Shown: positions 29,799 to 39,494, numbered from the stretch's first letter. The stretch is DNA of 64,000 nucleotides from Thermoanaerobaculaceae bacterium (GCA_963717295.1 OY970330.1:7932822-7996821); one strand, 5' to 3'. Notes: generated from the sequence alone by a model not told the origin. Numbers and translations are program-made.

Positions 29799-29840
29799 AA
29801 GCCCCGCGCGCGTGCCGGCGTCGCGGGGCTTCGTGCTTTT
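29799..29840 (+). terminator. rho-independent terminator after the HU gene
   Basis: GAAGCCCCGCG...CGCGGGGCTTC hairpin followed by GTGCTTTT. Confidence 0.55.
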
Positions 29841-29860
29841 AGGCCTCACGCTTTCGGGCC

Positions 29861-30541
29861 TCAGCGGATCTGCCGGTAGAGCCGTGCCAGCCGGTGCGGC
29901 GAGACGCCGCCGAGAAACAGCAGCCAGATCAGCCAGTTGATCGCCACCGTCCGCACCGATCCCAGCTCGAGGAAGCGCCGAGCGCCGGTGGTGACGGGCT
30001 CCTCGATGATCGTGAAACCCGGCAGCCGCCGCAGCCGCCGCATGAAGTCGATGTCCTCGAGCAGAGGCCAGTTGGGGAACCCTCCCAGCGTCTCGAAAAC
30101 CTCCCGCGTCGCCCACTGCGCCTGATCGCCAAGGGGTACTCGCAGCCACCGCGTCCGACGATTGACCAGCCACGAGCCCAGCCGCTGCATGGGGCGGTCG
30201 CCGTCGAAACGCACGAAGAAGGCACCGCCCGGAGCGCCCCCGGCCACCGCGGCGCGCACGGCCCCGGCGCCCCCGGCCGGCAGCGTGGTGTCGGCGTGGA
30301 GAAAGAGCAGGATGTCCGCCCCCTCTTCCATCGCCGCCGAAGCGCCGTGGTTGAGCTGGACTCCCCGGCCCGGCGGGCCCACCACGACGCGGGCTCCCAG
30401 GGATCGCGCCACCTCCACCGTGGCGTCCGCGCTGCCGCCGTCCGCCACGACGACCGCGTCCGCCACCGCCAGGGCGGCGGGCAGGTAGCGGCGCAGGGTG
30501 TCCTCTTCATTGAGAGTGGGCACCACGATCGCCAGTCGCAT
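29861..30541 (-). CDS. family 2 glycosyltransferase (small GT-A, TIGR04283-like)
   Basis: MRLAIVVPTLNEEDTL...VVADGGSADAT...DxD-like HAD motif. About 226 aa. Confidence 0.75.
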   Translation of the reverse strand: MRLAIVVPTLNEEDTLRRYLPAALAVADAVVVADGGSADATVEVARSLGARVVVGPPGRGVQLNHGASAAMEEGADILLFLHADTTLPAGGAGAVRAAVAGGAPGGAFFVRFDGDRPMQRLGSWLVNRRTRWLRVPLGDQAQWATREVFETLGGFPNWPLLEDIDFMRRLRRLPGFTIIEEPVTTGARRFLELGSVRTVAINWLIWLLFLGGVSPHRLARLYRQIR

Positions 30542-30605
30542 GGGGTTCAAGATGGGCAAGATGCTAGCATGCGGGCGGATTCATTCGCCGGAGACGTCAC
30601 TTGCC

Positions 30606-31082
30606 ATGAGCTCGCAAGGTTCCTTCAGCCATCTCGATCCCCAGGGCGCCGCCCACATGGTGGACGTGTCGGAGAAAGCCGTCACCCGGCGCGTCGCCGA
30701 AGCCTCATGCCGCGTGCTGCTCTCCGCCCAGACGTTGATCCGGCTGGCCAACCTCCCCAAGGGGGACGCCTTCGCCGTCGCCCGTCTCGCCGGCATCCAG
30801 GGCGCCAAGCGCACTTCCGAGCTGATCCCTCTCGCCCATCAGATCCCCCTCGACCAGGTGGAGATCTCGATCGATCCCATCCCCGAGGGCGTCGTCATTC
30901 GCAGCCACGTCGTGGTCAACGCCCGCACCGGCGCCGAAATGGAGGCGCTCGTCGCCTGCTCGACCGCGGCCCTCGCCCTCTACGACATGGTGAAGGCCCT
31001 CGAAAAAGGCGCCGTCGTCACCGACCTGCGCCTCGAAGGCAAGAGCGGCGGCCGAACGGGCGTTTTTCGGCGGACGGGATGA
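30606..31082 (+). CDS. moaC: cyclic pyranopterin monophosphate synthase accessory protein MoaC
   Basis: HLDPQGAAHMVDVSEK..., ELIPLAHQIPLD, ALVACSTAALALYDM, the MoaC signature. Confidence 0.85.
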   Translation: MSSQGSFSHLDPQGAAHMVDVSEKAVTRRVAEASCRVLLSAQTLIRLANLPKGDAFAVARLAGIQGAKRTSELIPLAHQIPLDQVEISIDPIPEGVVIRSHVVVNARTGAEMEALVACSTAALALYDMVKALEKGAVVTDLRLEGKSGGRTGVFRRTG

Positions 31083-31098
31083 ATCGGGAGAAAAAGCC

Positions 31099-32301
31099 AT
31101 GACCCGCACCGGCCTCGACCGACTCCTGACTCAGGCGGACCGCTTCGCGGGCCGGCGCTACGGCGTGCTGGCCCATGGCGCGTCGATCACCTCCGCCGGC
31201 GTGCCGATTCACCTGGCGCTCGCGGCCAGCGCGGCGGGGCCGCCGCGGGCCCTGTTCGGGCCCGAGCACGGCTTTTACGGCATCGAGCAGGACATGATCG
31301 CCGCCGAGAGCGGCCGCGATCCGTGGACGGGCGCGCCCATCGTCTCCCTCTATGGCGACTCGGCGCGCTCGCTGCGCCCCTGCCCCTCCGCCTTCGCGGG
31401 GCTCGACCTGCTGATCGTCGACCTTCAGGACGTAGGCTCGCGCTATTACACCTATGCGGCCACCGGAATCTGGGCGGCCGAGGCGGCGATGAGCGCCGGC
31501 TGCGAGGTCTGGGTGCTCGACCGGCCCAACCCGCTGGGCGGCCTGGTGGTCGAGGGCAACCTCCTGCAGCCTGGCTATGAGTCCTTCGTGGGCGCCTTCC
31601 GCCTGCCGGTGCGCCACGGGCTCACGCTCGGCGAGCTGTTCCGTCTGGAGGCGCGCCGCCGGAGCTGGACCGGCGCCCTGGCCAACTTCGCCGTCTGGTA
31701 TCTGGAAGACTGGCGCCGCTCCATGACCTGGGAAGAGACCGGCCTGCCCTGGGTGGCGCCGTCGCCCAACATGCCCACGCCGGCCACGGCCCTCGTCTAT
31801 CCCGGCGGCTGCCTCGTCGAGGCGACGGAGCTCTCGGAAGGCCGCGGCACCACCCGGCCCTTCCAGCTCACCGGCGCGCCGTTCGTCGACCCCAGGCGCC
31901 TGGCGGACGGTCTCAACGGCCGCGGCCTGCCGGGGGTCGTCTTCGTGCCCACTTGGTTCCGGCCGCAGTTCCAGAAGCACAGCGGCGACCTGTGCGGCGG
32001 CGTCGAGCTGCTGGTGACGGACCGCGACACCTTCCGCTCCTACCGCACGGGCGTCGAGCTGCTGGACATGCTGTACCGCCTCTGGACTGAGGAGTTTGCC
32101 TGGCGCGAGGCGCCCTACGAGTTCGTCTCCGGGATTCCCGCCATCGACCTGCTCACCGGCGGCCCTGAATACCGGCAGGCGATCGAGAGAGGAGACGACG
32201 GTGAAGAGCTGGAGGCCTGGATCGCGACGTGGGGGCAAGACGAAGCGGCCTTCCGGGCCGAGCGCCGGGAGATCCTGCTCTACCCGGAAGAGGAAGCATG
32301 A
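31099..32301 (+). CDS. DUF1343-family protein (exo-beta-N-acetylmuramidase NamZ-like)
   Basis: 400 aa with the DUF1343 layout (GVLAHGASIT...LFGPEHGFYG...DLQDVGSRYYTY...). Confidence 0.7.
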   Translation: MTRTGLDRLLTQADRFAGRRYGVLAHGASITSAGVPIHLALAASAAGPPRALFGPEHGFYGIEQDMIAAESGRDPWTGAPIVSLYGDSARSLRPCPSAFAGLDLLIVDLQDVGSRYYTYAATGIWAAEAAMSAGCEVWVLDRPNPLGGLVVEGNLLQPGYESFVGAFRLPVRHGLTLGELFRLEARRRSWTGALANFAVWYLEDWRRSMTWEETGLPWVAPSPNMPTPATALVYPGGCLVEATELSEGRGTTRPFQLTGAPFVDPRRLADGLNGRGLPGVVFVPTWFRPQFQKHSGDLCGGVELLVTDRDTFRSYRTGVELLDMLYRLWTEEFAWREAPYEFVSGIPAIDLLTGGPEYRQAIERGDDGEELEAWIATWGQDEAAFRAERREILLYPEEEA

Positions 32302-32708
32302 AGTCGCCGCACCTCCTGCGGGTGACCCTCCCCCCGGACCGCTTCGCCTCCCTGATCGAGGCCGCCCGCGCCCTGAAGCTTCGCATCGGCTGGCTCGACT
32401 GGTCCGCTGAAAGCTCCGCGCCCTCGGTCCTCGACGGGGCCGCGGATCTGGGAGTCTTCCGCGCCGTCTCCGTGCAAGAAGGACGGACGGTCTCCGTCAA
32501 GCCCCTGCGCGGCCGGCCCGTCCTCAAGGATCTGCTGCGCGAGCACTTCCTTGGCTGTGCTCTCGTCCTGGTGCGGGGAAACGTGGACGCGCCCGCCTTG
32601 GAGCCGGACGGCGACGGCTGGCGCATCGCGCTGCCAGAGAACGCCTCCCGTCGGCTCACGACGGCCGATCTCTCGGAAGCATTGCGCAAGCCGCGTCCCT
32701 GGGACTGA
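32298..32708 (+). CDS. hypothetical protein (136 aa)
   Basis: ATG overlaps the upstream stop (coupled to the DUF1343 gene). No recognisable motif. Confidence 0.4.
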   Translation: MKSPHLLRVTLPPDRFASLIEAARALKLRIGWLDWSAESSAPSVLDGAADLGVFRAVSVQEGRTVSVKPLRGRPVLKDLLREHFLGCALVLVRGNVDAPALEPDGDGWRIALPENASRRLTTADLSEALRKPRPWD

Positions 32709-32853
32709 AGTCCCGAGAGATCCGTGTCGCGTAAGGCGGCGGGCAGCCTCGCATGTGCGTGCGCTCAACGTTGACCTGGATTATGAGCGATGCCTATAAT
32801 GGCACTTGTGTATGGACTGCGCCGCACTGCTGCGACGCTGCTAGACGAGGAGC

Positions 32854-33150
32854 TTGCTTATGCAATCGACCGCCAAAAAAGTGTCGCCGGATGGTTCCGC
32901 GAAAATTAGTTTTCGTAGAGTTTTCAGGCTCTTCGCCATTGTCGGCATGTTCATGATGATAGGTTCACTCTTACCGCTGGCCGCAACTGGAAATTTCTGT
33001 TGCCTCGACGACTGGCAAGGCGGAGGCGTTTGTCCGCCAGGACAGAGGCTGGCCAGCTACTGTAGCGGCGGCACGTGGGCGTGTGAAAATTGTGGGACGT
33101 TCTTTTGTGTGACTGAAGGCAACCGGCCCCCTACAGTTTGTTATCACTAG
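32854..33150 (+). CDS. small Cys-rich secreted or membrane-anchored peptide (10 Cys in the C-terminal 54 aa)
   Basis: Hydrophobic leader VFRLFAIVGMFMMIGSLLPLAA then NFCCLDDWQGGGVCPPGQRLASYCSGGTWACENCGTFFCVTEGNRPPTVCYH. Lower-GC islet. Confidence 0.4.
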   Translation: MLMQSTAKKVSPDGSAKISFRRVFRLFAIVGMFMMIGSLLPLAATGNFCCLDDWQGGGVCPPGQRLASYCSGGTWACENCGTFFCVTEGNRPPTVCYH

Positions 33151-33428
33151 GCACACCAACAGCTCCGGCGAGGCTGGTGGAATGTCCTGCTCCGTAGATT
33201 CCGCAAGAGCCACACGCCTCAATCTTCGCCACCGGATCAATACTCCCAAGACCCATTTGGGACGGACAGTCCCGGGTCATCAATTGGACCGGCGTGGAGT
33301 CTGGAGCCTGAGCACCTGAGGCCCAGCTACCTGGGAGGAGGCTGGCCTGCCTTGGGCGGCTGCTGCCCCAATCGGGAGACGGGATCGAATCGGCCCGGCC
33401 TCGCGGCCGGGCCCCGTTTTCGCCGCAC

Positions 33429-34241
33429 CTAATAGCTGGGCTCGACCGGGCAGAACGCGGTGCAGACGCAGTGCGCCCCGTCCTCGTACTGATGGCAGGT
33501 GATCACTGCTTGTTGTAGCTTTTCAAGACCGCTTTGGTGCGCGGCGGCGAACCCGGCTGCGAAGTTCGAGGTCCCGGGCAGGTAGGTGTCCGGCTGACGG
33601 TCGGCGTCGGTGTCGACCAGGACCATCCCGGCGTGACGCGTACCCCCCCTGCCAGCCTCAAAAGTCCACTTGGCATTCAGCGTCGGCGGGAAGCGGAACT
33701 CGCGGTAGAGCTCGAGCGCTTCCGTGGCGCGGCGGCCGATCGGAGTGAAGACGATTTTGACGTTGACGGAGATCGGAGCCACATAGATACCGCCCTGCTC
33801 GCTCTGGCGCACGATCTTCATGCGCGTGATGGGCTGCTCGCCATTGAGCATCACGGTCACCTTGAACTGGCCGCACGAGGTCTTGATCGGCGCGCTCCCT
33901 TCGAACTGCAACGCGCGGACCTGAATCCGGGTCACAGCCACTCCCTGCCGGTTGAACGTCGCGTCATCCAGGCGCTGGATGATGGTGTCCGTCTTGTTGA
34001 GAGTGCCGGGGACGCCGGTCGCCAGGGGCACGCCGCGGTAGGCGACCCGCTCGGCGAAGGGGGCTGAATTGGCGCAGAAGAAGCCGGCGGGGATGGGATT
34101 CTTGGAGAAATCAGAGAAAGTCATGCCATTGCCGGCGGTGATCCAGGGGTCGATGCCGTTGGTGATGACGCGGTCGGCGGCCAGGACGGACAGAGAGGCG
34201 AGAATCAGCATGAGCACGAACAGGAACGTGATCTTTCGCAT
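33429..34241 (-). CDS. hypothetical secreted protein
   Basis: Signal peptide MRKITFLFVLMLILASLSVLAA. 270 aa, no known domain. Lower GC than surroundings. Confidence 0.55.
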   Translation of the reverse strand: MRKITFLFVLMLILASLSVLAADRVITNGIDPWITAGNGMTFSDFSKNPIPAGFFCANSAPFAERVAYRGVPLATGVPGTLNKTDTIIQRLDDATFNRQGVAVTRIQVRALQFEGSAPIKTSCGQFKVTVMLNGEQPITRMKIVRQSEQGGIYVAPISVNVKIVFTPIGRRATEALELYREFRFPPTLNAKWTFEAGRGGTRHAGMVLVDTDADRQPDTYLPGTSNFAAGFAAAHQSGLEKLQQAVITCHQYEDGAHCVCTAFCPVEPSY

Positions 34242-34468
34242 ATCGTTCTCCTTATTGGAGTTGAGGTATCAGGATCGACGATTCCGCACCACGATCCCCT
34301 CTGCCAGGAAGGAGGCCCACGGGCCGCGCCGTGGAGAGACGAGTCTCCATCCAACCCCTTGGGTGGTATCTCGGAAATACGGATGTGCGATCCTCCTGCA
34401 ATGCTTGGTGCCTACGGAAGGCAAATGCGCGCCTGTCCGCCAGGAGGCGGGTACTTGGGGTCTCAGGC

Positions 34469-36820
34469 TTATGCGGGCTGGGAGCCCGGCAGCGTGAAGA
34501 AAAACGTCGTCCCCACGCGTGGCGTGGAGGCGAGCCAGATTCTTCCGCCATGTTGTTCGATCAGCTTGCGGACGATGGTCAGGCCCGCGCCGCTGCCGCC
34601 GCCGAAAGCATCCGGTGTGTGCAGCCGCCTGAACATCCGGAACACCTGGTCGTAGTGATGGGGAGAGATGCCGATCCCGTTGTCGCGGACGTAGAACACC
34701 GTCTCCGCGAGAGCGGCCTGGGGAACCGTGCTCCGGTCGAGGATCTCGGGCGCGGGCTCTTCCCGTGCCACGAATCCGATCTCGACCCATTTGTGCGGCT
34801 TGTCGTTGTACTTGATCCCGTTGGCGATGAGATTCGTGAACACCTCCCGGATGCGTGCCGGATCGCACCAGATCTCCGGCAGGGGTCTGGCGATGTGGAT
34901 CTCGATGCCGCTCTCCAGGACTCGGGCTCCAAGCATCTCCACCGCTTCCTGCACGATGGACTCCAGTGACGCGCTCGTGAAGGCCGGCTTCAGTCGCCCG
35001 GTTCGTGAGAAGTGCAGCAAGGAGTCCAGCAGGGTATCCATGCGGCTGGTGAGCCGCAGGAGAAGCTCGATCCGCTCGATGGCCTGGGCATCGAGTGCCC
35101 GTCCGGCCTTCGCCTCTTCGAGGAGGTAGCGGGCATGCGTATGGATGCCACGCAAAGGCTCCTTCAGGTCGTGACCCGCGACGTACGCGACCCCATCCAG
35201 ATCCTCACGGCTGCGGGCCAGATCGGCATTCAGAGCCGCGAGCTCTTCGTCCCGGCTGGCGACCAGATCGGTGGCCAGCAGGCGCAGCTTGAGCGCCGCC
35301 TCGATCTCCAGGGGCAGCCACGGCGCGGCATGCCCGTGCACCTGTTCCTGCCACAGCTCGAAGCTGCGGCGCGGGGTCAGCCGGGGACCGTGAGGGCCGA
35401 CGATCTCCGGCTTGTCCTGGGGATTGCCGGCCCACTGGAACGTCTGCTCCTGCTCGGGCCGGAACCAGAGGATCAGGCTTCGCCGCCTGCGCTATACGGG
35501 AATCGCCAGGAGCCCACTGGCCAGGGCCTGGTACTCCGAAGAGGGGGCGAAGTCCTGGGCGAGACGATCCGTGGCCATGATCGGGCGCAAGGGGTCGGCG
35601 AGCTCCGGGCGGCCGCGGAGCCACTCGCCCAGGGCGTTCAGTTGTGATTCGTCCGGCGTCAGGCCGGTGGTGATCCACCGTCCGCGATCGAAGACGGCCG
35701 CGCCGGTGGCTTCGATGCCGTCCAGCAGGTTGGGTTGGCCTCCGGCCATCTCCGCCAGCCCGCCTTCGCCCGCGGCCTTGGCGAGCAGGCCGTGATGCGC
35801 GGCGTCCAGGCGCACGCGATATTGCCGGTGCTCGCGGTCCTCGGCATTCTTGAGCTGAAGCGACACCACCTGCGCCAGAAGCTCCGCCGCCGCCCGCACC
35901 GGATAGGGGAAGGTAGTCTGTGTGTAGTGGTGGCCGGCGATCAACCCCCACAATTCGCCGTCGCGCAGGATCGACATCGTCAGCGACGCCGCGACGCCCA
36001 TGTTGCGCAGGTACTCGGTGTACATCACCGACGCGCCGCGCAGGGCGCAGTGGGTCATCTCCAGCGGCCGGCCGGTGTCCGGGTTCACCAGCGGCACCAT
36101 CTCAGCCATCTCGGCCGAGGCGTCCGGCAGCGGCCGGATCCAGATCTTCTTGAAGATCTCGCGGGCGGGCTTGGGGATGTCGTCCGCCGGGTACCGCAGG
36201 CCGAGCCAGGGGGCCAGGTTGTCGCGCTTGTCCTCGGCGAACACCTCGCCGCTGTCGTCGGGGTGAAACTTGTAGACCATGACGCGGTCGAGGCCGGTCG
36301 CCCGCCGCGCCTCCGCCGCCGCGACTTGAAAAAACTCGCGCAGCGTCGGGGCGGCCTGGAGCCGCGAGATCGTCCTCAGGACCAGTCCGTAGTAATCCAG
36401 GCCCGGACTGTCGCCACGTCCGGCCGGCTCCATCTCGACGAGCAGCACCCCGTCGGCGGAATGGACCGTCACGTCCAGGGCGGCGATCGTCTCGGCGCCC
36501 CTCACCTCGGCCGTAAAAGCGTAGAGCGGATTGCGCTCGACCGGCTCGCTCTCGACCAGACCGCGCAGCCGGGCGGCGTAGCTGTCGCCCAGAATCGTGG
36601 CCAGGCTCTGCCCCAGCAGCGCCTCGGGGGACTTACCAAGCCATTGCTGGCAGTTTTCGCTGACCTGGACGATCGTCAGATCGGCCGGCCGCAACGCCAG
36701 CAGCACGCCGTGGGATTGAATGCAACCGGGAGTCCGGATCGGCTCGGCATCGCAATTGGTGATCGTGACCCCGTGCCGCTTGACGCTGTAAGGGTACGGA
36801 AGATCCGGCGGCTCGCTCAT
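34469..36820 (-). pseudogene. bphP: bacteriophytochrome histidine kinase BphP interrupted by an in-frame TAG (~35492-35494)
   Basis: The upstream ORF 35492..36820 has the biliverdin-Cys motif ITNCDAEPIRTPGCIQSHGVLL and PAS-GAF-PHY modules. The downstream ORF 34469..35341 has HisKA (AGHDLKEPL) and HATPase_c (N, G1, G2 boxes). Both are in the same frame, and the 50 codons between them encode the conserved PHY end LWFRPEQ..QWAGNP..PRRSFELW. Confidence 0.6.
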
Positions 36821-37434
36821 GGGCTCACCCCGGCCACCGTTCGCCAGGAATCGCCGAGACCGGCGCCCGCGACGCTCAGACAGCGTTCGAAGACGGTGAA
36901 CGTCGCGGCAGCCTCCTTCAGGGTTTCGCCGGTTCGCTCTTCATCGTCACCGCAATAGGCTTCCATCGCCGCGCAGAAGCCACGCCACATCACCCCGGAC
37001 TGGCCGCCGTAGCAGGCGTGGAACGAGCCGCCGGACGACGGCTCGACGCCCAGCGTCTCGCGCACCTGGCGGGCGATGATCTGTCCTCCCAGCGTTGCAC
37101 CCTCGAGCACGTAAAGGACCCCGAACGCTCCGGCGAGGGTCGTGGGAGCCGGCGTCTCCTGACGGTGGGGAAGCGCCCGCACCTCGTTGGCGGTCAAGCC
37201 GAGGACGGCCAGATCGGCCCGCAGAAGGTGCGCTTTGCGGCGGACCGGGAAGTCGATCCCCACCGCCAGCCAGTCAAATTGGGACAGGTGATCTTCGAGC
37301 GGAGTGTAAACATCCAGCAGCAGCGCCAGCAGGCGGCGGTACGACTCGACATCCCCGCACCGGGAAGGCAGATCTACCGCACGCTCGGCCCGTCGGTGCA
37401 GGGGCGCCGTATGTTCGCGGAGTCGATCCAACAT
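36817..37434 (-). CDS. bphO: heme oxygenase (BphO-type) supplying biliverdin to BphP
   Basis: MLDRLREHTAPLHRRAE... heme-oxygenase fold. Stop overlaps the bphP start (ATGA). RBS AGGAGGG. Confidence 0.75.
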   Translation of the reverse strand: MLDRLREHTAPLHRRAERAVDLPSRCGDVESYRRLLALLLDVYTPLEDHLSQFDWLAVGIDFPVRRKAHLLRADLAVLGLTANEVRALPHRQETPAPTTLAGAFGVLYVLEGATLGGQIIARQVRETLGVEPSSGGSFHACYGGQSGVMWRGFCAAMEAYCGDDEERTGETLKEAAATFTVFERCLSVAGAGLGDSWRTVAGVSP

Positions 37435-37477
37435 GATGGACGCCCTCCTGGACGCCTCCGCAGGATGGTAGTTACGT

Positions 37478-37690
37478 TCAGTTGTCACCGCCGCACGGTG
37501 GCGGCGGGGCGCAATCCAGGATGACGCAGCGCCCATTGCAGCACTGCTTGTAGCAGCAGATGTAGCCACATGCGTTGGCAGCGGTGCAGTAGGTCGTGCA
37601 CCCCGCGGCGGCCTTCGCAGGGGCGGGGGAGAAGAGTCCGGCCGCGGAACCGGCCAGGGCCAACATCGCTAGCAGGATCAATTTGCGCAT
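37478..37690 (-). CDS. small secreted Cys-rich peptide (about 70 aa; 11 Cys in the mature 45 aa)
   Basis: Signal peptide MRKLILLAMLALAGSAAG then AGCTTYCTAANACGYICCYKQCCNGRCVILDCAPPPPCGGDN. Confidence 0.45.
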   Translation of the reverse strand: MRKLILLAMLALAGSAAGLFSPAPAKAAAGCTTYCTAANACGYICCYKQCCNGRCVILDCAPPPPCGGDN

Positions 37691-37800
37691 GCTCGCTCCT
37701 TCGTGGGTTGAGGAGCCAAAGTATAGCGAAGATCGGGTCACTTCAAGCCGGCCCCCCATCCTCCGGTCAAACTGCAGGTGATTTTTCTCGGTGGCCTTAG

Positions 37801-38388
37801 CTAGCGCGGGTGTGGCGGCACACCAACGATCACCGAATCCCCCACCGCAGCCTCGCCTGGCAGCACCACCCGCATATAGATGCCACGCAGGTTTCTGTGT
37901 CGTAAATCTGGCTTGGATACGAAGCGCAGCGCCTCGGGGCCGAAGCGCGCGTGGAACTTCTGACAGCCGTTATGCGGCTGCGGAGTCACCACGAGGATCG
38001 CGCGGCCCACTCGCACCTGACTGCCAACTGGCAGGTTCGAGACCGAAAGATCGAGATCAACGATCAGATTATCCCCGAACAGCGTCAACGGTTGTCCGTT
38101 CGCAATCAGCGTGGCCACGTCGATCTGCATGACGGTCAGCTGCGCCTCGGGATTCGGCTCGGGCTTGCGCCCCCACGCGTCTCCCGGCAGGCCGGCATCC
38201 GGAGACAGGTGAATCCGGTCGAGCTTCTCCCGCCGGCCGCCGTCTCCGCGCCGGATGAGCATCACGACCCGCCCCGCCGTGCTGGGCGCCGCCGGCAGAG
38301 CGGCGAGGCTGCGTTCCAGATGCTCCAGCGTGGGATGGCGCGCGGGATCTCCGGTTGAGCTCGAATCCACGTGAGGTTGGGAGGTCAT
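37801..38388 (-). CDS. MOSC domain-containing protein (YiiM-like)
   Basis: LFGDNLIVDLDLSVSNLPVGSQVRVGRAILVVTPQPHNGCQKF, the MOSC beta-barrel with its conserved Cys. Confidence 0.7.
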   Translation of the reverse strand: MTSQPHVDSSSTGDPARHPTLEHLERSLAALPAAPSTAGRVVMLIRRGDGGRREKLDRIHLSPDAGLPGDAWGRKPEPNPEAQLTVMQIDVATLIANGQPLTLFGDNLIVDLDLSVSNLPVGSQVRVGRAILVVTPQPHNGCQKFHARFGPEALRFVSKPDLRHRNLRGIYMRVVLPGEAAVGDSVIVGVPPHPR

Positions 38389-38391
38389 GAT

Positions 38392-38778
38392 TCAGACGCC
38401 GCGCTTCTCGGGCCACGCCGCCGCGGCGAGCATCAGCCCGGGAACGATGAAGATGAAGAAGAACGGATTCCCTGTGGCCACCATCGCCCAAACTCCCGAG
38501 ATGAGGTACAGGATGGCAACGATCAGGGCGGGAAGGGGCGACACCGCTTCGCCGCGAAGGCGCGTGGCGAAGATCGCCAGAACGATGATGCCGAAGGCGA
38601 GCATTGCCGCACCCGCGAAGTGCCAGCCGATGGCGAGGCCCTGAATCAGATCGGCCGGAGCCTGGGCCGTCACCAACCGGGCCCGCAAAGCCTTCCAGCC
38701 GAGGAAAGAGTGAGCGGCGCTGCTGAGGACGAGAATCAACCCGGCGATGAGTCCCAACACGGTCCGTACTCGCGTCAT
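38392..38778 (-). CDS. hypothetical integral membrane protein
   Basis: Four predicted TM helices. Start MTRVRTVLG. Confidence 0.5.
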   Translation of the reverse strand: MTRVRTVLGLIAGLILVLSSAAHSFLGWKALRARLVTAQAPADLIQGLAIGWHFAGAAMLAFGIIVLAIFATRLRGEAVSPLPALIVAILYLISGVWAMVATGNPFFFIFIVPGLMLAAAAWPEKRGV

Positions 38779-38857
38779 ACCGCCTCCTGGGTCGAGAGAG
38801 CCGGGAAGAGTCGTCCCCGTCTGCGCTCCAGCGCGCACTTGTCGAGGATACTAGCGC

Positions 38858-38907
38858 CTCCGCCACCAACTTGCGCCGGGGGGAGGCGTTTTGCCAGAAT
38901 GCGGCAA
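38858..38907. repeat. direct repeat DR-L flanking the hicAB cassette
   Basis: CCGCCACCAACTTGCGCCGGGGGGAGGCGTTTTGCCAGAATGCGGCA; near-identical copy at 39446-39494. Confidence 0.75.
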
Positions 38908-38936
38908 GGAACGCGAGGCAACTGCCGGGGGAGGAG

Positions 38937-39129
38937 ATTGAAATTCAGTGAGCTGGTGAGGCTGCTCAGGGGAAACGGCTTTACACTGGTGAAGGAGAAG
39001 GGCTCAATCCGGTACTATGCAAAGGCTGGATGGCCGAACCTCATCCGGGTTGACTACCACGGGCCCAAGGAAGTTCCGACTGGCACATGCCATTCCATCC
39101 TGGCGGCTGCAGGAATCAGGAAAGTCTAG
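38937..39129 (+). CDS. hicA: type II toxin HicA (mRNA interferase)
   Basis: TTG start with RBS GGGGAGGAG. MKFSELVRLLRGNGFTLVKEKGSIRYYAKAGWPNLIRVDYHGPKEVPTGTCHSILAAAGI matches the HicA/YcfA dsRBD fold. Confidence 0.7.
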
Positions 39130-39140
39130 GAGAACTCGAC

Positions 39141-39386
39141 ATGCTCGACCTTCCCTACTCGCTGGTGATCGAGGCGACGAACGAGCCGGACTACTTCGGC
39201 TTTTACTCCCCGGAGCTGGAAGGCTTCTCGGGAATCGGGAGCTCCGTGGAGGACTGCCTCTATAAGGCCAAGTGGGGCATGAAGGAGCACGTGGACCTGC
39301 TCCGAGGGCGCGAGCTTCCTGTGCCGGCGCTCAACCCTGCTCCTACGGTGGTCATCCAGAACGAACAACGCCGGTCCGCGGCCTGA
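39141..39386 (+). CDS. hicB: type II antitoxin HicB (UPF0150)
   Basis: MLDLPYSLVIEATNEPDYFGFYSPELEGFSGIGSSVEDCLYKAKWGMKEHVDLL, an RNase-H-like HicB N-domain. Follows hicA by 11 nt. Confidence 0.7.
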   Translation: MLDLPYSLVIEATNEPDYFGFYSPELEGFSGIGSSVEDCLYKAKWGMKEHVDLLRGRELPVPALNPAPTVVIQNEQRRSAA

Positions 39387-39445
39387 TGCCGCCGCCCCGT
39401 CCCTCTCTGCCGCCTTTCGCGCACCTCTGAGGTACGCCGGCACCC

Positions 39446-39494
39446 TCCCGCCACCAACTTGCGCCGGGGGGAGGCGTTTTGCCACAATGCGGCA
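39446..39494. repeat. direct repeat DR-R flanking the hicAB cassette
   Basis: CCGCCACCAACTTGCGCCGGGGGGAGGCGTTTTGCCACAATGCGGCA. Confidence 0.75.

Noticed and set aside
35205-35951. 248-aa ORF antisense to the bphP linker region
   Set aside because: The Arg/Gly/Pro-rich translation overlaps conserved PHY and HK coding sequence, so it is a GC artefact.
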